NCBI GenBank assembly: GCA_964016885.1
Contig: OZ024741.1
Location: forward strand, 340,938,001-341,002,000
From: Eledone cirrhosa
Lineage: Eukaryota
Reading direction: 5' to 3'
DNA length: 64,000 bases
Part shown: positions 37,666 to 54,017 of the stretch, piece by piece
Layout of the letters: every line of letters starts with the position of its first letter
Position numbering within the stretch: position 1 is the first letter of the stretch
Position numbers and translations under genes: made by a program
The notes under the pieces: model-generated
What the model saw: the letters and a program-made list of their open reading frames with translations, nothing else
What the model was told of the DNA's origin: nothing
Databases searched by the model: none

Positions 37666-38947
37666 ACTAAAATAGAATGTATGTCATTAGAATATGTCTT
37701 CTTCCTGTAACGTTTCCCTGATACATATTTTTTTACCTAAACGACATGTATGCCTTTATTCTTTTACTGGATTCAATCATTGGACTGCGGCTATATTGGG
37801 GCACCGCCCGAAATGGATTTCGTCAACTGGCGGTGATAGTAGATGACACTTGCTCAAAGTTTTACGCAATGGAATTGAAACCGAAACCATGTAGTCGTCA
37901 ATTGAATTCCATAAGCACAGAGCCATGTCTGTGCTTCTACTGTGTAACTATAATTTCAGCATGATTTAGTTGTATTGTTGCTGCAGCATTCTCGTTGTTA
38001 TGTCGTCTCTAGCTGAATGAAAATATTTAATGACTTTCAGCGACTCCAGACATGCTTCAGGATATTTTGGAGAGAATAATCTTTGTTAAAATATTGATTG
38101 AATGTTTTGAAAATAAAATGAAAGAGGAATTAAATTTACAGCTCACAACTATGCAGGTTTAGTTGTCTTTCTACAAGGTTGGATCTCACAGGCGATTTCT
38201 TGGATGCTTTAAAGTTAGGGATCCCAGTCCTATCACAAAAGTAACATGAAATGAAGCGTCTTGCACAAGAGCACCATGCACCATTCATTTAATGAATCGA
38301 TCCCATGAGTCCAACACCCTAACCGTTATGCCACGTTCCTTCACATAGTGCATTTTATTTGGGAACAAACACCAACGCGGTTTTTAATGTAACCATGTTC
38401 CTACTGAACACCTTAAATATCCCATCTCACTGTACACAAACATGCCCCATCTGTTACCTTATACACAGAAAACTGTCGTAGTCTATTTTATTATTTCTAT
38501 CAATAGAAGTGCCAACATAACAGGGAATTACTGATTTTTGCTTGTTAGAAGATTAATCTACACTCTCACTTTTATTAACTTCACTGGACAATAATAATTA
38601 GGATTACCATATACTTCTAGCTCAAGAAAAAGAGAGCTCAGAACGTTTGTAGAGTAAATGTTTATTATCTTTGGACCAACCAGATTGTCAGATGTCCTTA
38701 TACATCACTGATTACAATGCGTTATACATCACTGATCACAATGCGTACCGCTCTTCCATTTTGACTCGAATCATTTGACTGTGTCGTTTTGTCATTGCCT
38801 TGAAGGTCTTCCGAATGGCCCCTTCGATCTCTTGGATATCACTCAACAACTGCATGGGTCTACCTATTGTTTGTAAACTTTGAGACATGTCCAAATCATC
38901 AGTCACTGCGAGTTATTGAACCTTCCAATATATATGTATATATGTGT

Positions 38948-38992
<45 letters not shown>

Positions 38993-39174
38993 TTGTTTCT
39001 GAGGAAGACAGTGTGATGGATCAGGGATTTCGAGACTAGAGATAGGTAGTGACATAATCACTAGTCATTATATCGATCTACCATGGTCAATCAACGCTCA
39101 GAAACAATCGGAAAACAATTAAGAAACTATCTCCGACTTTTGTTTTATTTTCATTGCACAACACACGCACACGC

Positions 39175-39247
<73 letters not shown>

Positions 39248-39251
<4 letters not shown>

Positions 39252-40420
39252 TCGAAATAACAATAAACAAACAAACGCAGGAGTAAATGTTACATGGTCT
39301 TATTAGCTTCACGCTTGGTGGGAGGAGGGCGGGGTATTTATGACGTTTCGGACATAAGTCCTTCATCAGGAGAATGGGGAGAGGAACTCCAAGAGGGAGT
39401 GAGGGGGGAGTTGGCGGGAAGTACATGAAAGGACGGGAAAAATAGAAATAAAAATAAATATAAAACATGAAATAAAAATAAATAAAAACAGAGATATATA
39501 TAGAGAAAACACAGAATTAAAAAAAACAACAGAATATTAAAAAGTGAGAGGGGTGTGGGAAGGAAAGGGTGTGGTGGTGCGTGAGGGGTGGGTGGAGGGG
39601 GAGAGAGGGAGGAAGAATATTAAAGTCCGAGCGGGGATGGCGGAAGGTAAGAGGTGTGTGTGTGTGTGTGTGTGTAGATGTAAGTGTGTGTGTATGCGTG
39701 AATGTAAGTGTGAGAGTCTGGGAGAAAGCTAGTGTATGTGATTGTATGTTTTGAAAAACCATTGTGTGTGTGTTGGAGTGGAGTGTATGTCTGTGTGTAT
39801 ATAGTTCCTGTATGGGTGGAGGTGTATGTGTGTGTGTGTGTGGACGGAAAGGGTCGGATGAGATGAGATCGTGTCGAATCCGGGGGTTGTGTGGGATTGG
39901 AGTGTAGGTGTATGTGAAGATGTGTTTGTGTGGTTTAAGAGAGGATGATGTTGGTGGTAGGTCTGTAGGTGATGTGGGTTCGTGTGAAATGTGTAGTTGC
40001 GTGTGTGCGAAAATGGCGCAAGTGTCTGTGTATCTAAGTTTCTGAATGGATGTCGGTCGGTGTGTGTATGTATGTGGATAGTAAAGATACGGATGTAAAA
40101 TTGCGTCGATATCCAAGTGATAGATTCATTGTGGTAGGGTCGAAAAAAATAGACGAGGGAGGACAGTGGAATGTTATAGGGTCGCGTCGCAAACAGGAAG
40201 TGGTCAGATGGTCAAAGAGTGGGAGAGGGTTTGGCTTGGGGGTGGTGAGGTCAAGAGAGATGGGGTAGGAGGGTGGCCGAGGAGGTGAAGATGGCCGGAA
40301 ATGTATGTGGAAGGAGGGGAGGAGGGTGGAGCGACAGAGCAGCTGTGAATGATAGGCTAGTAGTATTGCTCTCTGTGTGGGAGGTAGTAGGTGAGAGCAG
40401 GCAGGTTGTGTGGATATATT
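39248..40420 (-). mobile_element. Probable PLE 3' UTR/pLTR fragment ending at a (CA)n array, with hammerhead
   Basis: Pyrimidine-rich minus strand; HHR near the 3' end; downstream AGCGTGAA..TAATAA motif shared with 48516-48720. Confidence 0.6.
39338..39374 (-). ncRNA. Minimal hammerhead motif
   Basis: Minus strand: CTGATGA AGGAC TTAT GTCC GAAAC GTC; stem I weak. Confidence 0.7.
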
Positions 40421-40426
40421 TATTCT

Positions 40427-40461
<35 letters not shown>

Positions 40462-40850
40462 ACGAAGGAAATGTAGTAAGGAACCAAGATGGATCATAAC
40501 CGCACCAAAGTACTCAATACTTAGGGTAGTAGAGTGGGTAATAGGAACAAGTATGACCCCGACGGCAGAGCTCAAGCCGTTTCGGACGGCTAATTCCTGG
40601 TAAATAAATAGCCGAACTTCTCAGGGGGTAATTCCATATATGGGAAGATAGTAATTGTCAAAAGGATTGGTCAACATTTGTTGTAAAGGACAGATGATTC
40701 TATCATGGTATTTAGTGGAAGGTAGGGGTTAGCTGAACTTGCCGGTAGAACAAAGAGGGAGTGGGGGAAACCGAGTCAAGCGTTGAAAGTGAAATCTATA
40801 CAGCAGATTCTAAGGATAGTGTATAGAAGGTCGAAAAAGGTGTACTGGAG

Positions 40851-42735
40851 CATTAAATTCAAACCCAGACAACAGATTCCTACAAAAACTCCGTAGCAAA
40901 TTAACAGAGTATGAAAACACCAACGACATCATGGTGCACTCGGACAAAACTGGTAACCTCTACTTCGTCAACCCCGACAGATACCACACACTGATCAGGA
41001 ATAGCCTAAACTCCACCTATAAAAAGGCTAACCATTCAAGTACCGAGGACATAAATCGAAATGGACAACAAATTAACTCCAGCATCGGGGTCGCCGACCG
41101 CACCGACCCCTAGACCCACGGACTCCCTACTTCACACTGAAGGACCACAAATCCGATTTCGACCGTAAACCATCCATCAGGCTTATAAACCCAACGAAGT
41201 CGGACATAGGGAGAATCAGTTAAAAAAATCCTAGACCGAGTTATACCAAAAGTTAAGCAAAACGCGAGACTTAGCCTATTGGTCAACATCCAGGAAGTAA
41301 TCTCATGGTTCAGCAATATGGAGGACAAACGAGACACAAAATTCATCCAGTTTGACATAAAGAGTTACTATGCTTCAATTACCTTACCGCTCCTTACGGC
41401 CGCCTTGGACTTTGCCGAAACACTCACGCCCATCACCGACCAGGAAAGAAATATCATCCTCCACGCCAGGAAGACAGTCCTACTCTTCAACAACTCCAAA
41501 TGGATAAAGAGAGCTTCTGACTCCCCCTTCGACGTCAGTATGGGCGCGACGGATTCGGCTGAGGTCACTGATCTTATAGGATTATTCCTACTATTTAAAC
41601 TCGCCAAAATGTTTCCTGCATTCAGCGGTAGATTGTACCGTGATGATGGGTTCGTTACTCTCAAAGGGTACAACCCCAGTAGTACAGACAGGGTCTGTAA
41701 CCAATTAATCAGCTTCTTCCGCGACTGGGGATTTAAAATAACCCTACAAACGTCCCTAACCCGAGTAAACTTCCTGGACGTTACCCTTAACCTCGATAAT
41801 GATCTGTACTACCCATACAGGAAACCAAACGACAACCTGCATTACATCCACCGCCGGTCGAACCATCCTAGAAACATCACCAATAACCTGGTTAAAAACA
41901 TCTCCCTCCGCATATCTCGTTTGTCCGCTAATAAGCAGATATTCGATGAACACGCGCCTCATTACAACCAGGCCCTCAAGCGGAGTGGCTTCCGGGAGGA
42001 AATATCCTATTATCCAGCTTCCATTAGCGGAACCAGCAGGCGACACCGCCGCTCACGCAACGTAACGTGGTTCAATCCTCCCCCACAATGCCGAGGTGAC
42101 AACACCTATCGGGAAAATCTTCTTTAGGCTCATCGAAAAACACTTCCCACTACAACACCGCTACCACAACATAATCAACAAAAACACCATCAAACTCTCC
42201 TACAGCACCACACCTAACTTTGCACAAAACATCGTCTCCTCTAACAACAAAAAACTCAACCCCTATGGAAGAAATAACCTAGACATCAGTGGAGAGCCGA
42301 CCAGGAGGTGTAACTGACCTGATAGATCCCTTTGCCTCCTCAACAACAGATGCCGAGATCGTAATGTGATCTACCAGTGCAACGTGAGGACGGACACCTC
42401 CAACAAAGCTTATATAGGATTAACGGCTTGTGACTTCAAGACCCGGCTCTACCTACACAGACATACTTTCCGAAACCCGACCCGGCGTCACGCCACTACA
42501 CTTTCGGGTCACATCTGGGACCTCACAGATAATAATATAACCTACAATCTCACTTGGAGCTTACTGTCCAGAGCTAACTGTTACACGGGAGGACGCCGTC
42601 CGTGTAACTTATGCTCGGAGGAAACATTACAAATGCTGTTTTCGAAGGACCAACTCCTAAACAAGAAAAACGAATTAGTAACTGCATGCAAACACTGATT
42701 GCGTAGGACTTACCTCGCCCTCAAACCCCATAATG
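40851..42735 (+). pseudogene. PLE-3 RT + GIY-YIG ORF with frameshifts/stops and an in-frame UGA at a conserved Cys
   Basis: SDKTGNLY, LKDHK, FIQFDIKSYY, FDVSMG, RLYRDDG, WFNPP, CN*PDRSLC, IYQC..YIG, CNLCSEE, CKH. Confidence 0.9.
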
Positions 42736-42794
42736 ACCGGGGGGGGGGGGTAGACAAGGGCTGAAACACCCCACTTGCCGACTTTGTAAGGGGT
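42726..42794 (+). promoter_or_regulatory. Candidate SECIS-like stem-loop
   Basis: ATGA at 42733; G-run pairs with ACCCCACTTGCC; A-containing apical loop; GA at 42780; outer CCCC/GGGG helix. Confidence 0.4.
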
Positions 42795-43091
42795 AACCCC
42801 TGCTTACATAGGTAGACGTAACTTTTATATTTTTTTTAATCTTTTCCTCTATATTTCCTTATTCCTCCCATCTCTCCCTAGTCCTTCCACCCCAGATCTC
42901 CTTCCTTGTCGTCTTTTTTTTTTCACCTTTTCGCCCACCCCGATGCAGCCCATCTGTCCTCTGTAGCCTCAGTACCCCCCCCCCCCTCTAATTTTAAGAT
43001 AGAATTGGCCCATTACGCTTTTTATAGCAGATGTGTTAGACCCCAGATAATTGCTTTCTTTCTGGTTGCTGCTCCATTTCCGTGATTTCTA

Positions 43092-43482
43092 AATTTCTTA
43101 GTGGTATTTTTGCATTAGTATTCTTGTATTAGTATTTATGTATTAGTATTCTGAATTAATATTTCGTATTAGTTTTTTAGTATGTTTGTCCTCAACTTAT
43201 TATCCTGTCATTGTAAGATAGCATTGGCTGATTACTACTAACTATAGCAGTGGTGTTAGACTCCCTGTAAAGATGGCTTTATGAAATTCTTAGTGGTATT
43301 TTTGCATTAGTATTCTTGTATTAGTATTTATGTATTAGTATTCTGAATTAATATTTCTTATTAGTTTTTTTTTAGTATGTTTGTCCTCAACTTATTAAAC
43401 TGGCATTGTAAGATAGCATTGGCTGATTACTACTATCTATAGCAGTGGTGTTAGACCCCCCTGTTAAGATGGCTTTATAAAA
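43092..43482. repeat. ~195-bp tandem duplication in PLE-3 3' UTR
   Basis: TTCTTAGTGGTATTTTTGCATTAG...AAGATGGCTTTAT occurs twice. Confidence 0.9.
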
Positions 43483-44056
43483 TTATTTCTCTACAATCTC
43501 GTATTAGCATTTTTCTCCACCTATTAAACTTTTCTATAGCTTAGCAATACCAATGAGAGATTTGGTGATTGTGGGGATGGACTAGTAACCAGAAATTATT
43601 TTTTATATATTTTTTTTTATATATATTTATTTCCTCATTTTTATAATGGCTTTTTGTTTACTCCCTTTCGATTTACCTATTTTTTCACCCCCCCCCCCCC
43701 CCCTCTCCAGTACACTTTTTTCGACCTTCTATACACTATCCTTTAGAATCTGCTGTATAGATTTCACTTTCAACGCTTGACTGGGTTTCCCCCACTCCCT
43801 CTTTGTTCTACCGGCAAGTTCAGCTACCCCTACCTCACACCAAATGCCATGATAGAATCATCTGTCTTTACAACAAATGTTTGACCAATCCTTTTGACAA
43901 TTACTATCTTCCCATATATGGAATTACCCTCTGAGAAATTCGGCTATTTATTTACCAGGCTAAAAATTCTTATTTAGTCCAGAATTAGCCGTCGAAACGG
44001 CTTCAGCTCTGCCGTCGGGGTCATACTTGCTCCTATATATATATATATATATATAC

Positions 44057-44089
<33 letters not shown>

Positions 44090-44409
44090 TATGTGTATAC
44101 ACTTCATTCATGATTTCGAGCAAGATACTTTATTTCTCGTTGCTCCAGTTTATTCAGCTGGAAAAATGAGTTTTACTTATAAATTGAAAGGGTCATCTTT
44201 GTCAAAGACTGTATCACACTGAATTCCCTTTAAATGACGTTATTGGTGCACATGGCTGTGGAATGCTCAGCCACTTGCATATTCATTTCACGAGTAAGCT
44301 ATAATAAAGAGTCGATCGACTTTCGTCAAATCGGACCGAGGAAACAATGTTTTCATTGGTCTTTCCAATTGCTAATGCATTCTATCGGTCGCAACTCCAG
44401 GTAGAAGAA

Positions 44410-44526
44410 GCAACGCGAAATAAAGTGTCTTGCCCAAGGACATAGCGCATCACCCGGTCCGGGAATCGAACTCGCAACCTCACGATTGAGAGTCCAGTTC
44501 TCTAATCACACAGCCACGCGCCTTCA
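44410..44526 (-). mobile_element. tRNA-derived SINE family B head
   Basis: Minus strand: GCGTGGCTGTGTGATTAG...GAGTTCGATTCCCGG...TGTCCTTGGGCAAGACACT. Confidence 0.75.
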
Positions 44527-45751
44527 CTGTTGATTAAACAACCGGAATACTCTGTAGCGGATAATATGGGTGATAATATTTGATGGGTTGTTTTGAGGAA
44601 AAAAAATAATGCCATGATTGAGTTGTTAACAACGTTTATTTTATAATAACAATATTCACTTTGAACATCGAGTAATAATATTTATGACATGAATACATTA
44701 ATTTGCTGACTAACTTCTACGAGTTAGCGTAAATGCATGTATCACAGAAAACGATATAGTAAAAGTTGTGTTGTATCTAACAGATACAATATGACAGGAA
44801 GAATAGAATGAGCGTAGAATGTAAAGAATATGAACTTACTATGTGTGTGTGTGTGTGTGTGCGTGCCTATTCTTAGAATACATTATTGTCGTAGTAGTAG
44901 TGGTCAAGCTGTCAGGAAGCATGGCTGTCTGGCTGTGTCTGTAGCCGAGAAAGAGAGAGATAGAGTGAAAGGTCTGCTACATCGTGAACCTTAGCACTGA
45001 CTGCTCGCTTCGATCTCTCTGGCCCTTAGATTCCTTAACTCCTTGTATTTATAATAGTGATATAGTTAGAAGGATGTGTATATGAGTTGATTTATGGGCA
45101 GCCATGTGGATATCGTCTCCCAGGAAGCTGGTATTAGAGGTCAAGTGGTATGTACGTTTATCATCGTTGACTTGACAGGACAACTGTGGGAAACTTTCCA
45201 ATAATGGGTGGTCCCAGAGGCGAGAAACCTCAGATTCGGTTTCGAATCTTCCCCGGTAAAATATAGGAGTATTCCGTTATAACTCGTCATCTGCATACGT
45301 ACTTATCTCTTTATTCCCTAGCTGTGCTGATATCCACTGCTAATATCCTATCTTCGCATATCCCAATTTCCTGTCTGCAGCTAATTCTCTTCTCTCTTTT
45401 TTCTTCCTTCTTGACCATTTCCGTCTCTATTAACCACTCTACGTTTTGCAATGTCTGTAGTTTCAAACTTACACTTCTCTCCAGTCTCTCTCACTTTCTC
45501 ACTGAAATACTATTCTCCCCTTCTACCAGTTTTACTCTTCTATGTTGTTTCATGTATTATTTAATCCAAATACTATATATTCTATGACACTGTATGATTA
45601 CTTTAACATACAGTTATATACTTTATTTCTAGTTACGTTTCTTTTTTTTTTTTTTTTTTCATGGGGCGGAAGGTGGAGAAAGAGAATGAATAATAAAACT
45701 CACACGAAAGAGAGTGAACAACGGAGACACAGACAATGTTGTTATTCAGGC

Positions 45752-45958
<207 letters not shown>

Positions 45959-46269
45959 AAAGAAAAGTCTGTTTTTTAGTTGTTAGTATGTTACCTATAG
46001 AAAATGAAATAGTTGACCTTCCAAATTTTAAAATAACTTTCTGATAAAAAATGTTCACACGAAACTTTATGGTGCATTGCTACTTATTTTATATTTGATG
46101 TAGTATTTAATGAAGAAACTGACACTTAATCATTATTGCATTGTTTTAATGTAATAAATAAATTCAGGCTGATATGATACCTTGAAACATTTCCTTCGTT
46201 CAGGAAAAGTAAAAAAAAAAAACTATATTCACCTGGTATATTTAGGTACAACCTTCAAATATAAATGTT

Positions 46270-46815
46270 CATTTTCAATTCCATTTGGTCCGCGGGTCGA
46301 AGCCGAAACACCACTCTGAGAATGTCGAGGCTGCGAAAAGGAAGAAAAGGAAAGTAGTTGAGTGGAGAGGGGGGAAGAAAGAAACGATTAACAATCACGA
46401 CTATATATATGTCTAGATGTGTAGGTAACTTTGCTAATCACCAGTTGATGGGCAACCAGAAACTGACCAAATTCCAAGTGCTTACCAATGTGTCCGAACA
46501 CAGAAGAGCCGAACTCCCACTGTCATCGCCTCCATCTTTCTCGCCCTCCCCAACTCTCTGTATTGTGAGCAAATGGGGTCCCACGTGCTGGCCGCCCCAC
46601 AGCCCCAGCGGACAGAATGGAGAAGGCGTTTCCCCGGATGATGGTAAGGGAGATCGCTGGAAGAGCCATTCCATCTCGCGAGGCCCCTGCAGCTGACCAG
46701 CTCAGCACTCTTGGTGGTAAGTGGGGAGGTAGCCATAGGGCCAAGGACACCAGAAGTCTCCACTGCCAAGGGCACAACCGCAAACCTGTCGGAGAGCCAC
46801 CGGTAGGTGTAGAGT
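46270..46815 (-). mobile_element. 3' fragment of a restriction-like-endonuclease non-LTR retrotransposon (CRE-like)
   Basis: Frameshifted pieces YRWLSDRFAVVPLAVETSGVLGP / EWLFQR / ISLTIIRGNAFSIL match the P.A.ET.G..G...QR.S....RGNA C-terminal signature. Confidence 0.7.
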
Positions 46816-47262
46816 CTGTCACTCACTCTCCTTCCCCATTCTTTCTTCTGTTGCCTAATAATCCTTGCTCTTTCCTTCAGTTTCCTCTCATCCCTTATAT
46901 GCAACAAAGAAAAATATTTAAAATAATGTGTTTACTAAAATTCTGTAATTGTTTTATAATTTTCGTAGAATACATTTTTCTATTATTTTCTTTATTTAGA
47001 TATTCAAATAAATGTTTAAAGTTATGTAATGCAATATTCTAATAACTTTTAACATCTTTTATTTCAAAGAAAATGGGCATTATGACAGATGCCTTTCAAA
47101 TAGATTTGAGCACAGTACAGACCGGGAAGCCATTAATATATGTATATCTAAAGAAGTGCGCTGGCAGAACGAAGTGTATGATAAAGTTACACCTATAGAA
47201 ATACAGATATAACTTTATCATACACTACAGAGCGTGTAACCGAGACTGCACCAACATGTATA

Positions 47263-47318
<56 letters not shown>

Positions 47319-47369
47319 ATATATATTGTTATGTAATTGATGTGGGATGCTTAAAGCGTCCGTAAGCGT

Positions 47370-47425
<56 letters not shown>

Positions 47426-47430
<5 letters not shown>

Positions 47431-47674
47431 ATATTTGGAGAGGGTCATATTGTTATAATATTGCCAGAAATAATAATAAAACGCACTGCTTGGTTTGGAT
47501 TGGTTTTCGCTTCTGTATCCTTGATATCTCCATAATTAATTTATCTTGGCAATCAATGTTTATCATTGATTGACCAACGGTTAAAAATAGAGATATAAAT
47601 ATATATATCTATCAAAGTTCTTTCACCACGGTACTATTATGTTTCCTCCCGTTCTATTGTAATGTCTATGCCAT
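47426..47674 (-). mobile_element. Second copy of the 29395-29668 element with the HHR core deleted
   Basis: Reverse-complement homology; the CTGATGA-stem II segment is missing. Confidence 0.8.
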
Positions 47675-47821
47675 AATAGTACCGTGTGGTTCATTAGATG
47701 ATATTATGAGGGTTCAATTAGATCCGAAACCGATTAAAGATGTTCATCATTTATTTTTTTTCAATTTACAAGGAATTTCGTATTTTCTGGTGGTATGTTT
47801 CCATGTCGACATGTTATATAA

Positions 47822-50378
<2,557 letters not shown>

Positions 50379-50383
<5 letters not shown>

Positions 50384-51135
50384 ACTTGGGAGTAACCGTG
50401 GACAGCAACATAAGCTGGACCACGCATATAAGCAGCAAAGTTGACATGGCCCGCAGAATGTGTTCCTGGATCCTCAGAACCTTCCAGTCGAGAGATTCCC
50501 GCACCATTATCCTTCTCTTCTCTACTTTCGCCCGACCACACCTTGAATACTGTTGTCCACTGTGGTCTCCCCACACGAAACAAAGTATCATGAAACTTGA
50601 AGCTCCTCAAAGGGCAATCACGAAAAAGATAGATGGCATGTCAGACCTTGACTACTGGGGTCGATTGGAAAACCTGAAACTTTACTCACTCCAACGTCGC
50701 CGTGAGCGTTATATTATCTGCATGATGTGGAAAATGTTCCATCATCACTGCCCAAATGATGTTGGCATCGCCTTCAAGATACACCCAAGGCTTGGGCCCC
50801 GTGCTATCCGTCCCATTCAAAAATCTAAATCGCAACTCATAACAACAATACGGCACAATTATTTCACCTCAATCGGCCCTGCTCTCTTCAACATCACACC
50901 AGGACACGTCAAAACAGAAACTGACCACACAAAATTCAAGAAGTCTTTGGACAAATTCCTCCAAGTAATCCCGGACAAACCACCCACACCCGGATATGTC
51001 TCCGCAAACAGTAATTCTCTTCTCGAATGGGCCATGGTGCCCAAATCCTGAATTGAAAGACTTCGCCAGGTGGTGCTATTAAGTTAGACATGGCCTGGGC
51101 CAATACTGGCCAAAACATTTCAAAGTTATTCAAAG

Positions 51136-51138
<3 letters not shown>
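50379..51138 (+). mobile_element. 5'-truncated CR1-group LINE, open ORF2 C-terminus (to 51051), short tandem-repeat tail
   Basis: [43 protein letters not shown]; tail TTCAAAGTTA x2. Confidence 0.9.
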
Positions 51139-51220
<82 letters not shown>

Positions 51221-51228
51221 TGTATACA

Positions 51229-51314
<86 letters not shown>

Positions 51315-51421
51315 CATATATATATATACATATATATATATACATATATATATATACATATATATACATATATATATACATATATATATATACATATATA
51401 TATATACATATATATATATAC

Positions 51422-51456
<35 letters not shown>

Positions 51457-51560
51457 CATATATACATATATACATATATATATATACATATATATATTTA
51501 TATATACACACACACCACACACACATATATGCGTGTATGTGTGTGTGTGTGCATATGTAA
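51139..51560. repeat. (TA)n/(TACA)/(TG) array
   Basis: Direct reading. Confidence 0.95.
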
Positions 51561-51762
51561 TGTGAGTATCTGCTGTCAGTCTGTGTGAGTGTATGTGTAT
51601 GTAATATGCAAAAGTGTATTTTTGGGGGGGTATTTATCAAATATTTATGCATTATAGAAGAGAACATTCTGTTTTTCTTTTCAATATTTAACGTTAAGAC
51701 ATGAAGAGGGAATACGGGGGAGGTAATTGATGTTTGGTCTGTTGCCACCTTTATAGATATAG

Positions 51763-53620
51763 AGGTGGTGGTGGTGGTGGTGGTGTTGGTGGTGGTAGTA
51801 GTGGAGGTGGTGGAGGTAGTGGTGGTGGTGGTGGTGGTGGTGGTGGTAGTCGTGATGGTGGTGGTGTTGATGTAGGTGATAGTGGTGGTGGAGATGGTGG
51901 TGTTGATGTAGGTGGTAGTGGTGGTGGTGGTGGTGTTGATGGTGGTAGTAGTGGAGGTAGTGGTGGTGGTGGTGGTGGTGGAGGTAGTGGTAGTGGTGTT
52001 GATGGTGGTGGTAGTGAAGGTAGTGGTGGTGGAGGTAGTGGTGGTGTTGATGGTGGTGGAGGTAGTGGTGGTGGTGATGGTAGTGATAGTGGTCGTGATG
52101 GTGATGGTGGTGGTGGAGGTAGTGGTGGTGGTGGAGGTAGTGGTGGTGGTGGTGGTGGTGGTGGTTGTGCATTGGAGGTGGTGTTGATGGTGGTGATAGT
52201 AGTGGTGGTGGTGGTGGTGGTTGTGCAGTGGAGGTGGGGTTGATGGTGGTGATAGTGGAGGTGGTGGTGGTGGTGGTGGTGATAGTAGAGGTAGTGGTGG
52301 TGGTGGTGGTTGTGCAGTGGTGTTGGTGTTGATGGTGGTGATAGTGGAGGTAGTGGTGGTGGTTGTGCAGTGGAGGTGGTGTTGATGGTGGTCATAGTGG
52401 AGGTAGTGGTGGTGGTGGTGGTGGTGCAGTGGTGGTGATAGTGGAGGTAGTGGTGGTGGTGGTGGTGCAGTGGTGGTGATAGTGGAGGTAGTGGTGGTGG
52501 TGGTTGTGCAGCGGAGGTGGTGTTGATGGTGGTGATAGTGGAGGTAGTGGTGGTGGTGGTGGTTGTGCAGTGGAGGTGGTGTTGATGGTGGTGATAGTGG
52601 TGGTGGTGGTGGTGGTGATGGTTTTTGCAGTGGAGGTGGTGTTGATGGTGGTGATAGTGGAGGTAAAGGTGGTGGTGGTGTTGATGGTGGTGGTGATAGT
52701 GGAGGTGGTGTTGATGGTGGTGGTGGTTGTGCAGTGGAGGTGGTGTTGATGGTGGTAGTGGTGGTGGTGGTGGTGTTGTGGGTGGTGGTAGTGGAGGTAG
52801 TGGTGGTGGTGGTGGTGTGGTAGTTGTGCAGTGGAGGTGGTGGTGGTGGTGGTGGTTGTGCAGTGGAGGTGGTGTTGATGGTGGTGATAGTGGAGGTAGT
52901 GGTGGTGGTGGTGGTGGTGGTTGTGCAGTGGAGGTGGTGTTGATGGTGGTGATAGTTGAGGTAGTGGTGGTGGTGGTGGTATTGATGGTGGTGGTGATAG
53001 TGGAGGTAGTGGTGGTGGTGGTGGTGATAGTGGAGTTAGTGGTGGTGGTGGTGGTGATAGTGGAGGTAGTGGTGGTGGTGGTTGTGCAGTGGAGGTGGTG
53101 TTGATGGTGGAGGTAGTGGTGGTGGTGGTGTTGATGGTGTTGGTGTTGGTGGTTGTGATAGTGGAGGTAGTGGTGGTGGTGGTGGTAGTTGTGGCAGTGA
53201 CGGTGGTGTCAGAAGTAATAGAGTTTATTGGAAAACAGAGCTGCAGAAATGTGTGGAAGTAATTGTTTCAATTTTATGAGAACAGAACTTAAGTGGTTGC
53301 GATGGTGGTGAAGGCGGTGAAGGGTGTGCAGATGGTGGTCAATGTGATGGTGAAGATCATGCTGGTGGTGGTGCTAGTGGTGGTAGTGATGCCAGTGATG
53401 ATAAAAATGATGCTGGTGATGGTGGTGATAGCAATGATGATGGAGATGACGCTGGTTATGGTGGGCGTGCTAGTGGTGCTGATGATGGTGGGGATGATGA
53501 TGGTTGAAGGAAGTGGTGGGCGAGCTAGTGGGGTACTGGTGATATCAGTAATGGGTGATGATGATGTTGGTGGTGGGGGTGGTAGTCATCGTGGATGGTG
53601 GTGTTCGTAGTGGTTGTAGT
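51763..53620. repeat. (GGT)n-derived complex minisatellite, degenerating distally to GAT/GGT
   Basis: Recurrent units GGTTGTGCAGTGGAGGTGGTGTTGATGGTGGTGATAGTGGAGGTAGT. Confidence 0.92.
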
Positions 53621-53889
53621 AGTCGTAGCAAGTCTGGAATGATAAATTTGACTTATTAATGTATTAAAACGCAAAAACATTAGATTTTCTCTTAGTGGTA
53701 ATTAGTGATATAAACATAATGTGTTGGTGCGTCATTATATTTTGGATGCGTCAATTGGTATCGAACCATAGACACCTTCGCAGATGCATATATCACCATC
53801 ATCATCATCATCATCATCCTCATCATCATCACCGCTTAAGGTCTATATTCTATGCTTGGATAAGCTAGACGAGATGTCATGTTCTGAAT

Positions 53890-54017
53890 AAGCGGTGAAC
53901 TGGCAGAATCATTAGAATGTCGAACAGTGTACTATACGGTATTCGTTCCGGCTCACAGGGCACAGGGTTGAAATCCCACCGAAATCAGCTTTGCCTTCCA
54001 TCCTTTTGAAGCCGATA
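53890..54017 (+). mobile_element. SINE family A, diverged
   Basis: GCGGTGAACTGGCAGAATC head, GGTTGAAATCC B box. Confidence 0.6.

Larger units (their letters stand above)
40461..44036 (+). mobile_element. PLE-3: divergent, GC-richer Naiad-type PLE, 5'-truncated, with an inverted 3'-end copy at 40461-40850
   Basis: Broken RT-EN frame 40851-42735; 40541-40850 is the reverse complement of 43705-44036; (TA)n on both sides. Confidence 0.92.

Noticed and set aside
43925-44005. Hammerhead in PLE-3 3' end (CTGAGAA...CGGCTA/TAGCCG..GAAACGGCTT)
   Set aside because: Core lacks G8 in both arms and stem I is unclear; probably a degenerate HHR, so not called
51681-53610. Gly-, His-, Pro- or Val-rich ORFs resembling structural proteins
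   Set aside because: All frames of a (GGT)n minisatellite; the frame changes between repeat units and there is no signal peptide or splice context
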